Positions 46,800 through 56,268 of a DNA stretch of 64,000 nt are shown one piece after another. Below the pieces are notes generated by a model, which saw nothing but the letters and a program-made list of their open reading frames with translations, had not been told where the DNA came from and did no database searches. Position numbers and translations under genes: made by a program. The stretch's first letter is position 1, and the number at the start of each line of letters is the position of its first letter. Location of the stretch: positions 1 to 64,000 of the IMG/VR virus record IMGVR_UViG_3300025383_000015; one strand, given 5' to 3'. This DNA is from a virus.

Positions 46800-47039
46800 T
46801 TACTCCTTGACGTCTGGCAATGAAGATTTATTATCTTCAAATTTGTAAACTGTACCTGCAGTCTTTGCTGAGTATGGCATAGTACGTCCTTGACCCAAGG
46901 AACGGTTAGACCACGCTGTGGCTGCTCCGCTGCTTGTGTTCGTTGATGAACTCAAGGAAAGTGGTGCAGGTGTTTCTTCATGGTGCTGAAACATCTGTCC
47001 GCTTTTCATGTTTTCACCGAACTCGGACATTGACAACAT
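46800..47039 (-). CDS. Small protein starting MLSMSEF
   Basis: Start reassigned to ATG 47039, just after the upstream stop codon. Confidence 0.55.
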   Translation of the reverse strand: MLSMSEFGENMKSGQMFQHHEETPAPLSLSSSTNTSSGAATAWSNRSLGQGRTMPYSAKTAGTVYKFEDNKSSLPDVKE

Positions 47040-47040
47040 A

Positions 47041-47499
47041 TTAGTAAGACTCACCCATTGCAGCGTTGAAATCAGGTGCTTGACGTCCCATGACTGATGG
47101 GATTGTCTTTGCATTACGCATTGTTGCAGATGCTTCGATTGAGTGCACTGCTGGGAACTTAGCGCCAATCTCGTAGCGAGCGCCCATGCGTTCTGATTGC
47201 GCTGCTGAACCAGCAAGTTTGTTCTTGCGGTTAGCCTTGCCACCAGCAGTTGGATCTGCTGCCTGTGTGTTCTTGCGTGGACGTGACATTGTGTTGCCAG
47301 GTTCCGCAGATACATTCTCAAACTTGTTTGCTTCCATGCCCATATAACGGCGTGGTGAGTTCTTGTGCTCTGCTGAAGAGATTACGTCTTCTGGAGTTGG
47401 GATGTGAGATTTCATTGAGGCACCTGTCGCTTCGAGATGAGATGAAGGAGCACCCATGCGACGGCGCATCGCGTGTCCTAGTGATGTCCAAGATGGCAT
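47041..47499 (-). CDS. Basic hypothetical protein
   Basis: AAGGAG RBS; upstream TATCAT -10-like element. Confidence 0.6.
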   Translation of the reverse strand: MPSWTSLGHAMRRRMGAPSSHLEATGASMKSHIPTPEDVISSAEHKNSPRRYMGMEANKFENVSAEPGNTMSRPRKNTQAADPTAGGKANRKNKLAGSAAQSERMGARYEIGAKFPAVHSIEASATMRNAKTIPSVMGRQAPDFNAAMGESY

Positions 47500-47535
47500 A
47501 TTGACTCCTTAGTTTGAGTCTATGATACGGCGGTT

Positions 47536-47823
47536 TTAAGACGCTGTAATGTGAAATACGATGGCAGAAATTGCCCCATCACGAGAGTCGATGGTGGTAA
47601 ATCCTGGCTTATCTGTTAGATCCATGCCACGAGGTGCAACATAGCCACGAGCAATCGCAATTGCTTTTACTGCCTGATTTACGGCTCCAGCACCTACTGC
47701 ACGAAGTTTTACTTCACGCTTGTCGTAGCATGCATGGGCGATCGCTGAGGCAACACTCTGAGGGTTGGAACTAGCGCTTACTTTGAGAAAATCTTCTCCA
47801 GATGGTGGAGTTGGTGTAGTCAA
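47536..47823 (-). CDS. spoVS: SpoVS-family protein
   Basis: LKVSASSNPQSVASAIA...AVGAGAVNQAVKAIAIARGYVAP.G.DL...PGF. Confidence 0.92.
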   Translation of the reverse strand: MTTPTPPSGEDFLKVSASSNPQSVASAIAHACYDKREVKLRAVGAGAVNQAVKAIAIARGYVAPRGMDLTDKPGFTTIDSRDGAISAIVFHITAS

Positions 47824-47878
47824 TTTGTAGTCCTTTGTGTCGAGTTAGTGCGCCGCTCCCTACACAAAGGGTACATAC

Positions 47879-48466
47879 CTACAGTCTTGGTTGGTCCCTA
47901 TACTTGGAATCTTCCATTTGTGTGACTACTGCCTTTTCGACCGAATCAATTGAGATTTTTCCAACGAGCCTTGCTAAAGCGTACGAATCGGCTGCATTGT
48001 CGTCGTTGAATTCGATACCCCATCTTTTGTAGATTTGCAGCAGCATCTCTTGCTTTTTAGCGTTTCCTTTGCCTGATGCATACTTTTTCAATGTCATAGG
48101 AGGAACTTTTAGTGGGAACTTACGAGGGTCTTCTTCATCGTAATGGTCAAAAATAGTTAGACGGACAACAGCAGACAATTCTCCAAGAACAAGGGCTGCT
48201 TGACTTGCTAATACTGTTCCTTCTAATGCCAGGTCTTCAACATCCCAATGTTCATCCGCGTAGTAAAGGTTATCCGATAACCATTGACGAATATCTGCCA
48301 GTCTTTCAATCCCAAAATACGGGGACTTGTATACCCATGTGATGTAATTGCTTGGAAGGGAAATGTCTAAAATCGTTAGGGCAAAACCCGTAAGGGACTG
48401 ATCAATACCTATAGATACTTTTGAGCCTTTTGGTATTGGGTTACCTTCAATTAGTTTTGTTGGCAA
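47879..48466 (-). CDS. RuvC-like Holliday junction resolvase
   Basis: IGIDQSLTGF, ALEG, LKKYASGKGNAKK, DDNAADS. Confidence 0.85.
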   Translation of the reverse strand: MPTKLIEGNPIPKGSKVSIGIDQSLTGFALTILDISLPSNYITWVYKSPYFGIERLADIRQWLSDNLYYADEHWDVEDLALEGTVLASQAALVLGELSAVVRLTIFDHYDEEDPRKFPLKVPPMTLKKYASGKGNAKKQEMLLQIYKRWGIEFNDDNAADSYALARLVGKISIDSVEKAVVTQMEDSKYRDQPRL

Positions 48467-49022
48467 TTAGGTCATCCATTCGTTGTCGGACTAGTAACTC
48501 TAGATCCTGCATGGTTCCCTCGTTGCTTAAAACTTGGTCTACATCGTAACCCTCTAAATCATGCTCAGATATGTGACCATTAATTGCTTTTACTCCTGGA
48601 CGTTCTACACGCCACAGTTGTCCATTCATTTGTTTCAACATAGTTGCTTCGTTTTTAAACCGAACGTCGGTAATAACGTAATCCGTGTCTACGTCATGTA
48701 ATTCCTGAAGAACAGAGATTACCCAAATATCTTCACCTAAAACTTTACGAGCACCTACTCCTAAGTCTTGAAGAATTCGACGAAGTTCTGGCTCTTTTAC
48801 TTTAGCCCTGTCCCAACCTTTTTCGTCTACCCATTCCCTTAAATACACGGGATTAAATACGTCGTCGTAGTCATAACCTTCAACAATTGGATTTAATTCG
48901 TAGGCTAACTCACGAATTTTGTCAGCAAACGCTACACGAGTAAACCCGTACTCACTGACAAGGATACTTGCGACAGTATCCTTGCCAGATTGTGCGTAGC
49001 CAGTTAAACCTATGATAGCCAT
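48447..49022 (-). CDS. Deoxynucleoside monophosphate kinase
   Basis: GLTGYAQSGKDT, FADKIRE, VITDVRFKNE. Confidence 0.9.
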   Translation of the reverse strand: MAIIGLTGYAQSGKDTVASILVSEYGFTRVAFADKIRELAYELNPIVEGYDYDDVFNPVYLREWVDEKGWDRAKVKEPELRRILQDLGVGARKVLGEDIWVISVLQELHDVDTDYVITDVRFKNEATMLKQMNGQLWRVERPGVKAINGHISEHDLEGYDVDQVLSNEGTMQDLELLVRQRMDDLIANKTN

Positions 49023-49906
49023 GGGAGAGAAATAAATTTTCCAGTCAAATAGGAATTATTTGTAGGTATAGATTTAGAAACCATCCAGTTGTAGGTTGAT
49101 TGCCATGTTCCTTGATTGTTTAACGCCCACCATGCAGACATTGCTGCTGTGGCATTTGATGTTCCTACCATGAACTTTGTAATACCTGTTGGCTCTTTTA
49201 CATACCAACGAGCATTAAGATAAAAACTTGTTTGAGCGTTTCCATTGCTGTAATTAGCGATGGTTGGCTTGGCGTTAACATCGTAAGGCTTGCCTGATGA
49301 TCCTGGATCTGGATTATCTGTTGCTCCTACAGAAACCACATCTGGCAAACATGCGATTGAGTTCATCATTGTTCTGTTGGAATTGTTACCTGTAGCAGCA
49401 ATAACCGCCACGTTTGCAGCCTTAAGAGCCTCTACATCATCTGCTGTTCCAGTAGGAACCTGACAGCCAGCAAACAAGGCTCCTTGTGACACATTTACAA
49501 CTGTAATGTTGTATTTTGCGTGGTTTGCAACCACCCAATCAAGTGCCATTTTTACGGCATTGTTTGTGTATAGGTACGGAACGTTAGGACTAACAATTCC
49601 AATAATACGAATAGGAATGATATTAACTGATGGATTTACTTTTTGGATAATAGAGACCATCTCATCTCCATGAACCAAGTTAGCGTTAGTTGCGGTGTTA
49701 CCTGTATTTGCTGCGCCAATTCCATCCATAAACTTTTGCCCATTAGGACATGTTCCATACTCAAGAATGCATACTTCGTCCACAATATGTGTGACTTGCG
49801 AGGTATTGATTCCTGAATCAATGACTGCGATCGTTTGTGGTGCATCTGCATGTGCTGGGCTCATTAGCCCTAAAAGTAACGTTGATGCTAGTAATACTTT
49901 TTTCAT
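49010..49906 (-). CDS. Secreted subtilisin-like (S8) protease
   Basis: Signal peptide AHA-D; VIDSG, HG, ATGN, GTSNAT. Confidence 0.85.
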   Translation of the reverse strand: MKKVLLASTLLLGLMSPAHADAPQTIAVIDSGINTSQVTHIVDEVCILEYGTCPNGQKFMDGIGAANTGNTATNANLVHGDEMVSIIQKVNPSVNIIPIRIIGIVSPNVPYLYTNNAVKMALDWVVANHAKYNITVVNVSQGALFAGCQVPTGTADDVEALKAANVAVIAATGNNSNRTMMNSIACLPDVVSVGATDNPDPGSSGKPYDVNAKPTIANYSNGNAQTSFYLNARWYVKEPTGITKFMVGTSNATAAMSAWWALNNQGTWQSTYNWMVSKSIPTNNSYLTGKFISLPWLS

Positions 49907-50349
49907 ATGTCCCGCCTCATTCTCTCGGATGTTCTCCGAGTTATTTCCCTCGAAACTAGAGTGATGTCCCGCTCTTGATTGTTTAACAGCATCTCTAGCA
50001 ATTTACGATAAGCATACTTCTCATCGGCCACATCACGCAAACTGTTGATTTCTGGGTCGATGTCTATTTGCGCCTTCATAAGGGTCACTGTCATGCCTTT
50101 AGGGGCGTTCGTTACCTTGGTGACCATAGCCATGCTTTCGGCGTACTCAACCTCTCGTATAGCCTTTTTTTCGGCAATTTGAGCCTGGGCTAACTGAGCG
50201 GCTATGTAGTCTGCCCATCCTGTAAGCACTGTAAACATCTCAGCCAGTTGTTCTCCTGTGAGAACTGTGATATCGGGAGGCAAAACCGCCTGATTGTAGG
50301 CAGGCTTTGGAAGGTCTACGCTTGTGCTGAGAGTGGGATCGAGTTGCAT
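49903..50349 (-). CDS. Helical hypothetical protein (possible recombination mediator)
   Basis: Coiled-coil; located in the recombination cluster. Confidence 0.5.
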   Translation of the reverse strand: MQLDPTLSTSVDLPKPAYNQAVLPPDITVLTGEQLAEMFTVLTGWADYIAAQLAQAQIAEKKAIREVEYAESMAMVTKVTNAPKGMTVTLMKAQIDIDPEINSLRDVADEKYAYRKLLEMLLNNQERDITLVSREITRRTSERMRRDI

Positions 50350-51173
50350 GACTTACAACCTTTCTTAGGATCTACGTTACATTCAGGCATAGTGCCATCT
50401 TCAATATACTTGAGAATCTTTCGTACTTTGTTAAACACTGGCTCTACAACTTCATAGTTAGCCTTGACTGTGAACTCTTTATACGATTGATCGGCCTTTA
50501 GTTCATACAAAAATACAATCTCATTAGGGGCTTCACTGCTGAACATGCGCTTGGCTAGTTCTAAATACATCTGTCCTTGAAGCATGTGACTGCGAAATGG
50601 TCGTCGAATACTCTTAAACGCCTGAGTTACATCGTTATCAGCATCCAGTAATAACTCTGGCGCTTCAAATCGAAATGTGCCTGCACCAATAGATTTAATT
50701 TCAATGAGGCAATCGTCTCCGATGCCTTTGATCCAGCCATCAGTGTGTCCAGCAATTCGTAGTTCTTCATCTTTAAGGGTAACTTCTCTATATTCCATTG
50801 TCTTAGAAGTACCGCACTCATCACACTCAGGGGAAGTAGCAGTTGTCACTGTATTGCAGGCTACACACTGAAACTTTCCATAAAGAACTCCCATATCCTG
50901 AAAGCGCTTTTGCCACTTAGCGTGGATGTAATGTCCTTCATCAAAGATGTTCTGTAGTCGTAGGTTTGGTTTATCGATAGTCTTTTCTCCCCCTGTCATA
51001 AGGTGGTAAGAATATCGGTGGCAAAAATCATGCTTGATGATTTCAGACGGATGAAAAACAGTTGAAGATCGAGGCTCTGGCTCACGCTTAAGCATGTACC
51101 GCTCAACGTCTCCAAGCAAACGGGTTGGAACTTTCTTAGCGTCTAAAAATTTATCAAGCATTGAAGATGTCAT
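50316..51173 (-). CDS. Cas4-like PD-(D/E)XK exonuclease
   Basis: HPSE, GHYIH, GHTDG, IEIKS, QGQMY, terminal CKSC. Confidence 0.85.
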   Translation of the reverse strand: MTSSMLDKFLDAKKVPTRLLGDVERYMLKREPEPRSSTVFHPSEIIKHDFCHRYSYHLMTGGEKTIDKPNLRLQNIFDEGHYIHAKWQKRFQDMGVLYGKFQCVACNTVTTATSPECDECGTSKTMEYREVTLKDEELRIAGHTDGWIKGIGDDCLIEIKSIGAGTFRFEAPELLLDADNDVTQAFKSIRRPFRSHMLQGQMYLELAKRMFSSEAPNEIVFLYELKADQSYKEFTVKANYEVVEPVFNKVRKILKYIEDGTMPECNVDPKKGCKSCNSIPLSAQA

Positions 51174-51177
51174 GAGC

Positions 51178-51522
51178 CTATCTTTCCTGAGCGAATATGT
51201 AGTCCTTTAAAGTCAACGTAGTTTTACGAGACTTCTTATCTTTTCTGTACTTCCTGTGTAAGGCGTTTCGCTCACGATGGCTTAGGCCTCCCCAAATTCC
51301 GTGAGGTTCATCTCTACTTAATGCATCCCACAAACAGTCGAGTCTAACAGGGCATGGATTCTTACCTGTTTCTCCAAAACAGTACACCTTTGCTTTTGCA
51401 GCAATTTCTTTGTACTTTTGTTTATCTCTAGGGGGATAAAAAATATCTTCTTCTCCTTGAGATTTTGGAGCGGCTCCGTAACAACGAGCATTAGCCCACC
51501 AAGGTGTCTCGTCATCATTCAT
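51178..51522 (-). CDS. whiB: WhiB-family transcription factor
   Basis: WANARC...FYP...C...CPVRLDC...GIWGGLSHRER. Confidence 0.9.
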   Translation of the reverse strand: MNDDETPWWANARCYGAAPKSQGEEDIFYPPRDKQKYKEIAAKAKVYCFGETGKNPCPVRLDCLWDALSRDEPHGIWGGLSHRERNALHRKYRKDKKSRKTTLTLKDYIFAQER

Positions 51523-51835
51523 GTGTCGTAAGTTTCTCCCGAAGTTCTAAGTAATCATCTTCGGTAAGAATGACGTAGTTTTTATCGTTCAAACTAAGAC
51601 CGAAAACTGGCGTTCGACTTTCCAAGATTGCGTGAGTTACATTCTTTTCTAGGTCAATTGCTTTTAGTGTGTATGTTTTTTTACCTGTGTACTTGTGTTC
51701 GATAAGCAGATCGTCTGACCTAACATCTCCTTTTCGTGACCAAAAGGAACCTGAGCCAGCATTACGAGAACCGCCAATTGCTTTGGCTAATCTCTTTTCA
51801 TGCTTTAACGATTGCTTTTGCCCTTCAGTCTTCAA
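51515..51835 (-). CDS. PD-(D/E)XK resolvase-like nuclease
   Basis: HEKRLA...GSG...KGDV....IEHK. Confidence 0.7.
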   Translation of the reverse strand: MKTEGQKQSLKHEKRLAKAIGGSRNAGSGSFWSRKGDVRSDDLLIEHKYTGKKTYTLKAIDLEKNVTHAILESRTPVFGLSLNDKNYVILTEDDYLELREKLTTHE

Positions 51836-52070
51836 GTTCGATCTTGCCTTCCTCGTAACCCTTTAGCAGTTTAGGTACAAGGAAAAACAATGCTTCTCTC
51901 CAAAAACATTGAGAACATCCACAAAATGGTTCTCCTGATTTTGTTTCAATAATCTCATCATCAGAACTTTCCCAAACAGCCTCAAAAAGCATGTCTGTGT
52001 ACTCTTCGACGCCCTTCTCAAGTTCATGAGCCCAGTCAGAGTCATTGACAACAAATTCCTGCTTACTCAT
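51825..52070 (-). CDS. Hypothetical protein
   Basis: MSKQEF start; PFCGCSQC. Confidence 0.55.
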   Translation of the reverse strand: MSKQEFVVNDSDWAHELEKGVEEYTDMLFEAVWESSDDEIIETKSGEPFCGCSQCFWREALFFLVPKLLKGYEEGKIELED

Positions 52071-53109
52071 CGATTGATTCTCCCATAGGTAGGTCTGATG
52101 TTTCAAATACTTTCTTTTGGATTTCTTCCTTTAGGTCTACTTCTTCACGAATACTGGCGATAGCAGACTCAATACCTTGCCACTTGCGATCTCCGTAGTA
52201 GTACCATCCACCCTTACGAGTGATGATGTCTTTTACCACTGCAAGTGAGGCTACTTCTTTTGCAAAGTCAAACTCTCCTGGAGCACATTCGCCACCTTCT
52301 GCAAAGTAAAAATCAAAGTAAGCAACACGTTGTGGAGGGGCGCTCTTATTCTTGAGTGTTCTTACCTTAATACGTTGACCAACTCTAACTTTGTTGTTTC
52401 CTGAACCAACTTCAATCCACTCATCACGCTTTACTTCGCAACGAGTAAAGAATGCGTAGTTCTTTCCTTCTCCACCAGGGGTAGTGCGAGGGTCACCGTG
52501 CATGACTCCGATCTTCATGCGGTATTGGTTGATGATCAGACCAAGTACTGGTCGCTCATCTTCAACAAGTGAGCGCTTCATAGCAGTTCCTACAACGCGA
52601 AAAAACTTATTAGTGAGTAAAGCGCCCCGTCCCACAGTCGCTTCAGACATGTCCTTTTCCATTTCGGGTGCGGGAGACAGAGCAGGAAGAGAATCAATGA
52701 CAATCGCATCAACAGATTTAGATTCCGCAAATTGAATAACGGCTTGATACGCCTCTTCCATGATTGAAGTTTCGACAACGATAACACGATCAGTATCTAC
52801 CCCACACATCTCTGCGTATTCTGGAACCCATTGCTCTGCAGCAACCCATACTGTGGTGTGATCAGGATTTACTTGTTGATTTGCTGCAATCGTTTTAAGC
52901 GCAAGCGCTGTCTTGCCATGCGACGGCTCACCAATGAGTTCGTTCCACTGGTTACCAGGAAAACCCCCTCCAAGAACATAATCAAGGGTAGTACTACCGC
53001 TAGTAATACGGGGAATAAGATCAGAGCGAATGTCACTTGCAAGAACAACAACGTTATCTCCAAACTTTTTGTTAAGAAGTGCGATAACTTTCTTTGCATC
53101 ATCATTCAT
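52063..53109 (-). CDS. recA: RecA recombinase
   Basis: SGSTTLD..LGGG, GEPSHGKT, VIDSL, INQYRMKIGVMHGDP.TTPGG. Confidence 0.93.
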   Translation of the reverse strand: MNDDAKKVIALLNKKFGDNVVVLASDIRSDLIPRITSGSTTLDYVLGGGFPGNQWNELIGEPSHGKTALALKTIAANQQVNPDHTTVWVAAEQWVPEYAEMCGVDTDRVIVVETSIMEEAYQAVIQFAESKSVDAIVIDSLPALSPAPEMEKDMSEATVGRGALLTNKFFRVVGTAMKRSLVEDERPVLGLIINQYRMKIGVMHGDPRTTPGGEGKNYAFFTRCEVKRDEWIEVGSGNNKVRVGQRIKVRTLKNKSAPPQRVAYFDFYFAEGGECAPGEFDFAKEVASLAVVKDIITRKGGWYYYGDRKWQGIESAIASIREEVDLKEEIQKKVFETSDLPMGESIDE

Positions 53110-53483
53110 TAATTCACTCTTCCAATAATGTTCTGTGGGTTGTAATTGTTTGTTGTGTCATTTCCTCGCGCTGCTTTAGCAGAGCCTTCAATATGTGCGC
53201 CTGCCAGTGATCCGTATTTACTACCTGACTGTTCTACTGGATAACCACAATCCATGCAACGTGCTTTTGCACCCTGTACAGACATGTACTTATCTGAACC
53301 ACAATCTGGACACGATCCCGTCTGTGTAGAACTTGGCAGTCGAGGACCTACAGGTGCTTGTGTTGGTTGAGGCATCTGTGTCATTGGCATCTGCGATGGG
53401 GCTATAGGCATATTTGCAGGACGTGGTTGAACTGCAGGCTGTTGTATTTGTGTACCTAACTTCTTGGCCCAAAAATCACTCAT
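53109..53483 (-). CDS. Zn-ribbon protein with Pro/Gln-rich N-terminus
   Basis: CPDCGS...RCMDCGYP. Confidence 0.65.
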   Translation of the reverse strand: MSDFWAKKLGTQIQQPAVQPRPANMPIAPSQMPMTQMPQPTQAPVGPRLPSSTQTGSCPDCGSDKYMSVQGAKARCMDCGYPVEQSGSKYGSLAGAHIEGSAKAARGNDTTNNYNPQNIIGRVN

Positions 53484-55480
53484 TTGGCTTCACCCCATTT
53501 ATCTACAATTTTTACATCTGCAATAAGAGGAACTGTAATCTGTGGAAAAGAAATTCCTTCCATCGACACACGGATTGCCTCTGCTACCTCATCTGCAAGA
53601 TGTTCTGGGGTAACAGTAACCAGTTCATCGTGCACAGTCAAGAGCACGTTTACCTCTGGTTCGTCTAAGAAGCATGAGTGTGCCCTAACAATGGCTAATT
53701 TCATGATGTCTGCAGCAGACCCTTGAATTACGGTGTTAAATGCCTGTCGTTCTGCCCTGGATCTAAGGCTTTTCTCATTACTACGTAACTCTGGAAGATA
53801 ACGACGTCTTCCTAGGAGAGTTTCTACATATGGGGTTGGGCGCTTATTTTCGGCTAAACGCACAACTTTGGCCTTGTACCGAGCAATATCGTGGAATCTT
53901 CCTGTAAAATCCTCAAGAAGATCTTTGGCTTCTTTTAGACTTAAACCTAGTTGTTCAGCGATCTTATCTGGACCTACACCATACGACATGGCAAGAACCA
54001 ATACCTTACCTGCTTTACGATTAAGTCCGACTGTGTCACCGATAGTGGTGTACACATCCCCACCTTCTAAGTAGTTCTTCATCAAAATAGGGTCGTTAGA
54101 AAATGCTGCAATAATCCGTGGCTCAATTTGAGAGTAGTCAGCAACAACTAACTTGTATCCCTTGGGTGCGATGAACAAGTTACGAATAAGTTTTCCGTAC
54201 TCACCTCCGCTTGGAATGTTCTGCAGATTTGGTTCAGAGGAAGAGAACCGACCTGTTTCAGCACCATGCGCTTTGAAATTTGTATGAACTTTGCCTTTAA
54301 CAAGGAGTGAGTCTTTCTTGATGATCTTAGACTTTCCTAGATTAGTTCGGGTAATGTCTCCACCAAGATATGGCATCACATATGTTGTCATCAACTTATT
54401 TAAGTCCTGGTAATCCAAAAGAGCATCTACGAGATCGTCTGTGCCACGAAACAACTCAAGAGCATCAGATGATACTGAGTAATGCTGAATTCCTAGCGGC
54501 TCTCCAGCGTTCTTTTGAGCGTAGCCTTTAGGAGTAAGTGCGATCTTCAAACGGGTATTTGGCTTTAATCCTCGTCCACCTTCGCTCTTTGGGCTAAACA
54601 ACATCTTCTGTTTTTCAGGTATGGAGTTAAGAGAGAAGGCTTCACCCGTAATCTTCCACGCACGTGCCTTTGCATCATCTAAGTCTTTATCAATACGTGT
54701 TTTTAAAGTTGTTAATTGTTCTGTGTCGATCGTTGCTCCTGCTAATTCCATGTCGCAGAGAGCAGCAACTACGTCCATCTCCAACTTCCACACTGCTTGA
54801 AGACTGCCTTCAAGTCGTGGGTCTAACGCCTTGTACAACTTCCAAGTAACTTCAGCGTCAATTCCTGAGTATTTTGCAACGTCTTCAAACGAGTGAACTT
54901 CTACCTGTGCTCCAACACCTTTTTCAACGATGATACCTAGTTCCCGTTTGGAGCAGTCAGCAAGACCAAGTCCTAGACGATTGCGGTTATCAATAATGAA
55001 TGAGGCCATCAAAGTGTCAAAAAAAGGTTTAGTAGGAACTATTCCTCGGTAGTACTTTGCAATCGACTTAAGGTCAAACTTGACGTTGTGACCGATCTTC
55101 AACTTATCACTAAAGAACAACGGCTTAAGAGCCTTAAAGACGTCACCAGGAAGAAGTTGTTTAGGTGCTGGACCAAAGACTGGTCTCCAGTTTGCTTTGT
55201 TCTTAGAGTAATCAGCATCGGTAAGTTCTTTACCTTTTGCAAGTTTGGCTTGACCGCCTTTAAGAAGGTCTTTATCCCAACGCAAAAACTCACCATTTGG
55301 ATGTCCCATGGGAATGACATCAACGCGACCTTCTGTCGCTAACGAAATCCACAAAACGTCGTTGACTACAGGTTGGATTCTATTTTCACCAACTGTTTCG
55401 ACGTCAAATGCAAATGCATCTACCTTGGAGTAATACTCAACAAGGTCTTCTAACTGTTCTTTTGTTGTAATTATGTTCAT
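53480..55480 (-). CDS. polA: Family A DNA polymerase with 3'-5' exonuclease
   Basis: FDVET, HNVKFD, TGRFSSSEPNLQN, ADYSQIE, QGSAAD, VHDEL. Confidence 0.95.
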   Translation of the reverse strand: MNIITTKEQLEDLVEYYSKVDAFAFDVETVGENRIQPVVNDVLWISLATEGRVDVIPMGHPNGEFLRWDKDLLKGGQAKLAKGKELTDADYSKNKANWRPVFGPAPKQLLPGDVFKALKPLFFSDKLKIGHNVKFDLKSIAKYYRGIVPTKPFFDTLMASFIIDNRNRLGLGLADCSKRELGIIVEKGVGAQVEVHSFEDVAKYSGIDAEVTWKLYKALDPRLEGSLQAVWKLEMDVVAALCDMELAGATIDTEQLTTLKTRIDKDLDDAKARAWKITGEAFSLNSIPEKQKMLFSPKSEGGRGLKPNTRLKIALTPKGYAQKNAGEPLGIQHYSVSSDALELFRGTDDLVDALLDYQDLNKLMTTYVMPYLGGDITRTNLGKSKIIKKDSLLVKGKVHTNFKAHGAETGRFSSSEPNLQNIPSGGEYGKLIRNLFIAPKGYKLVVADYSQIEPRIIAAFSNDPILMKNYLEGGDVYTTIGDTVGLNRKAGKVLVLAMSYGVGPDKIAEQLGLSLKEAKDLLEDFTGRFHDIARYKAKVVRLAENKRPTPYVETLLGRRRYLPELRSNEKSLRSRAERQAFNTVIQGSAADIMKLAIVRAHSCFLDEPEVNVLLTVHDELVTVTPEHLADEVAEAIRVSMEGISFPQITVPLIADVKIVDKWGEAK

Positions 55481-55502
55481 TTATCCCTCAATAAATAGAT
55501 GG

Positions 55503-55530
55503 AGAGAGCCAGTGATAGGGCTGGCTCTCT
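55503..55530. terminator. Intergenic hairpin after the SSB gene
   Basis: AGAGAGCCAG/CTGGCTCTCT. Confidence 0.5.
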
Positions 55531-55544
55531 ACCGTGATTGGAAG

Positions 55545-56240
55545 TTACTCTGATTCGCGAGCGACTTCAAGTAGTTCTGAGCGAGGGGATTCTCGAACTA
55601 CCTGTGCTGCTGTGTATGGCACAGCATTCGCTACTAGAGCATTGACCTGATCAAGGTCTAACTTCCAGTCCTCAGCAAGATCACGAGCGCGAACAAAGTT
55701 AAAACTGTATTGAGTTGTTCGGCCCATTCCCATGCGAGAAACTTCCCAGAACTCTCTTGTAAGAGGTCCTTTGCGCTCATCCTTGTGGGATGCAACGATT
55801 TGACGTGCTAGAACTGGAGGCGCAGTAAGTACTTGTACTGACTGTGTATCACCGCTAAGAACCAAGACGTTCCATGCGAACTTGCCGCGTGGCTTGTCTC
55901 CTAGGATGTCGCAGAGTGGGCAACCATTTTCTGAGTTGGCACTGCAAACAAAGGATTTACGACCCTTTGGGCGTTCGATCCAGTGTTGCTCATATACTGC
56001 AAATGGCTCATCTTGCAGGAACTTGATGAGTTGAGATGACTCCGTAAACTTGAAGTCAGTTGGGTATTCGCTAGATGTTTCTGGCTTTAGCAACGCTTCA
56101 AGAGCGCTCATACCAGATTGGATTGTTGTTCCTACTTTTGGTGTAGCGTCTTCTTGATCTGGATCAAGTGCAGCGCTATACGCGTCAGCAGCAACTGTTG
56201 GTTGTGTGATAGGCATGTGTTTTCTTTCTGTAAGGGGCAC
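55545..56240 (-). CDS. Single-stranded DNA-binding protein (gp32-like)
   Basis: IKFL...QHWI...FVC...CPLC...R.G.G..TQY. Confidence 0.7.
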   Translation of the reverse strand: MPLTERKHMPITQPTVAADAYSAALDPDQEDATPKVGTTIQSGMSALEALLKPETSSEYPTDFKFTESSQLIKFLQDEPFAVYEQHWIERPKGRKSFVCSANSENGCPLCDILGDKPRGKFAWNVLVLSGDTQSVQVLTAPPVLARQIVASHKDERKGPLTREFWEVSRMGMGRTTQYSFNFVRARDLAEDWKLDLDQVNALVANAVPYTAAQVVRESPRSELLEVARESE

Positions 56241-56268
56241 GGCATAGGCTGTTGTACATAGACGTTGC

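Noticed and set aside
47536-47823. Firmicute host inferred from spoVS
   Set aside because: Outweighed by WhiB x2, NrdH, leaderless starts and actinophage-type genes
50316-51173. CRISPR-Cas system
   Set aside because: Solo Cas4-like exonuclease in a recombination cluster; no array or other cas genes
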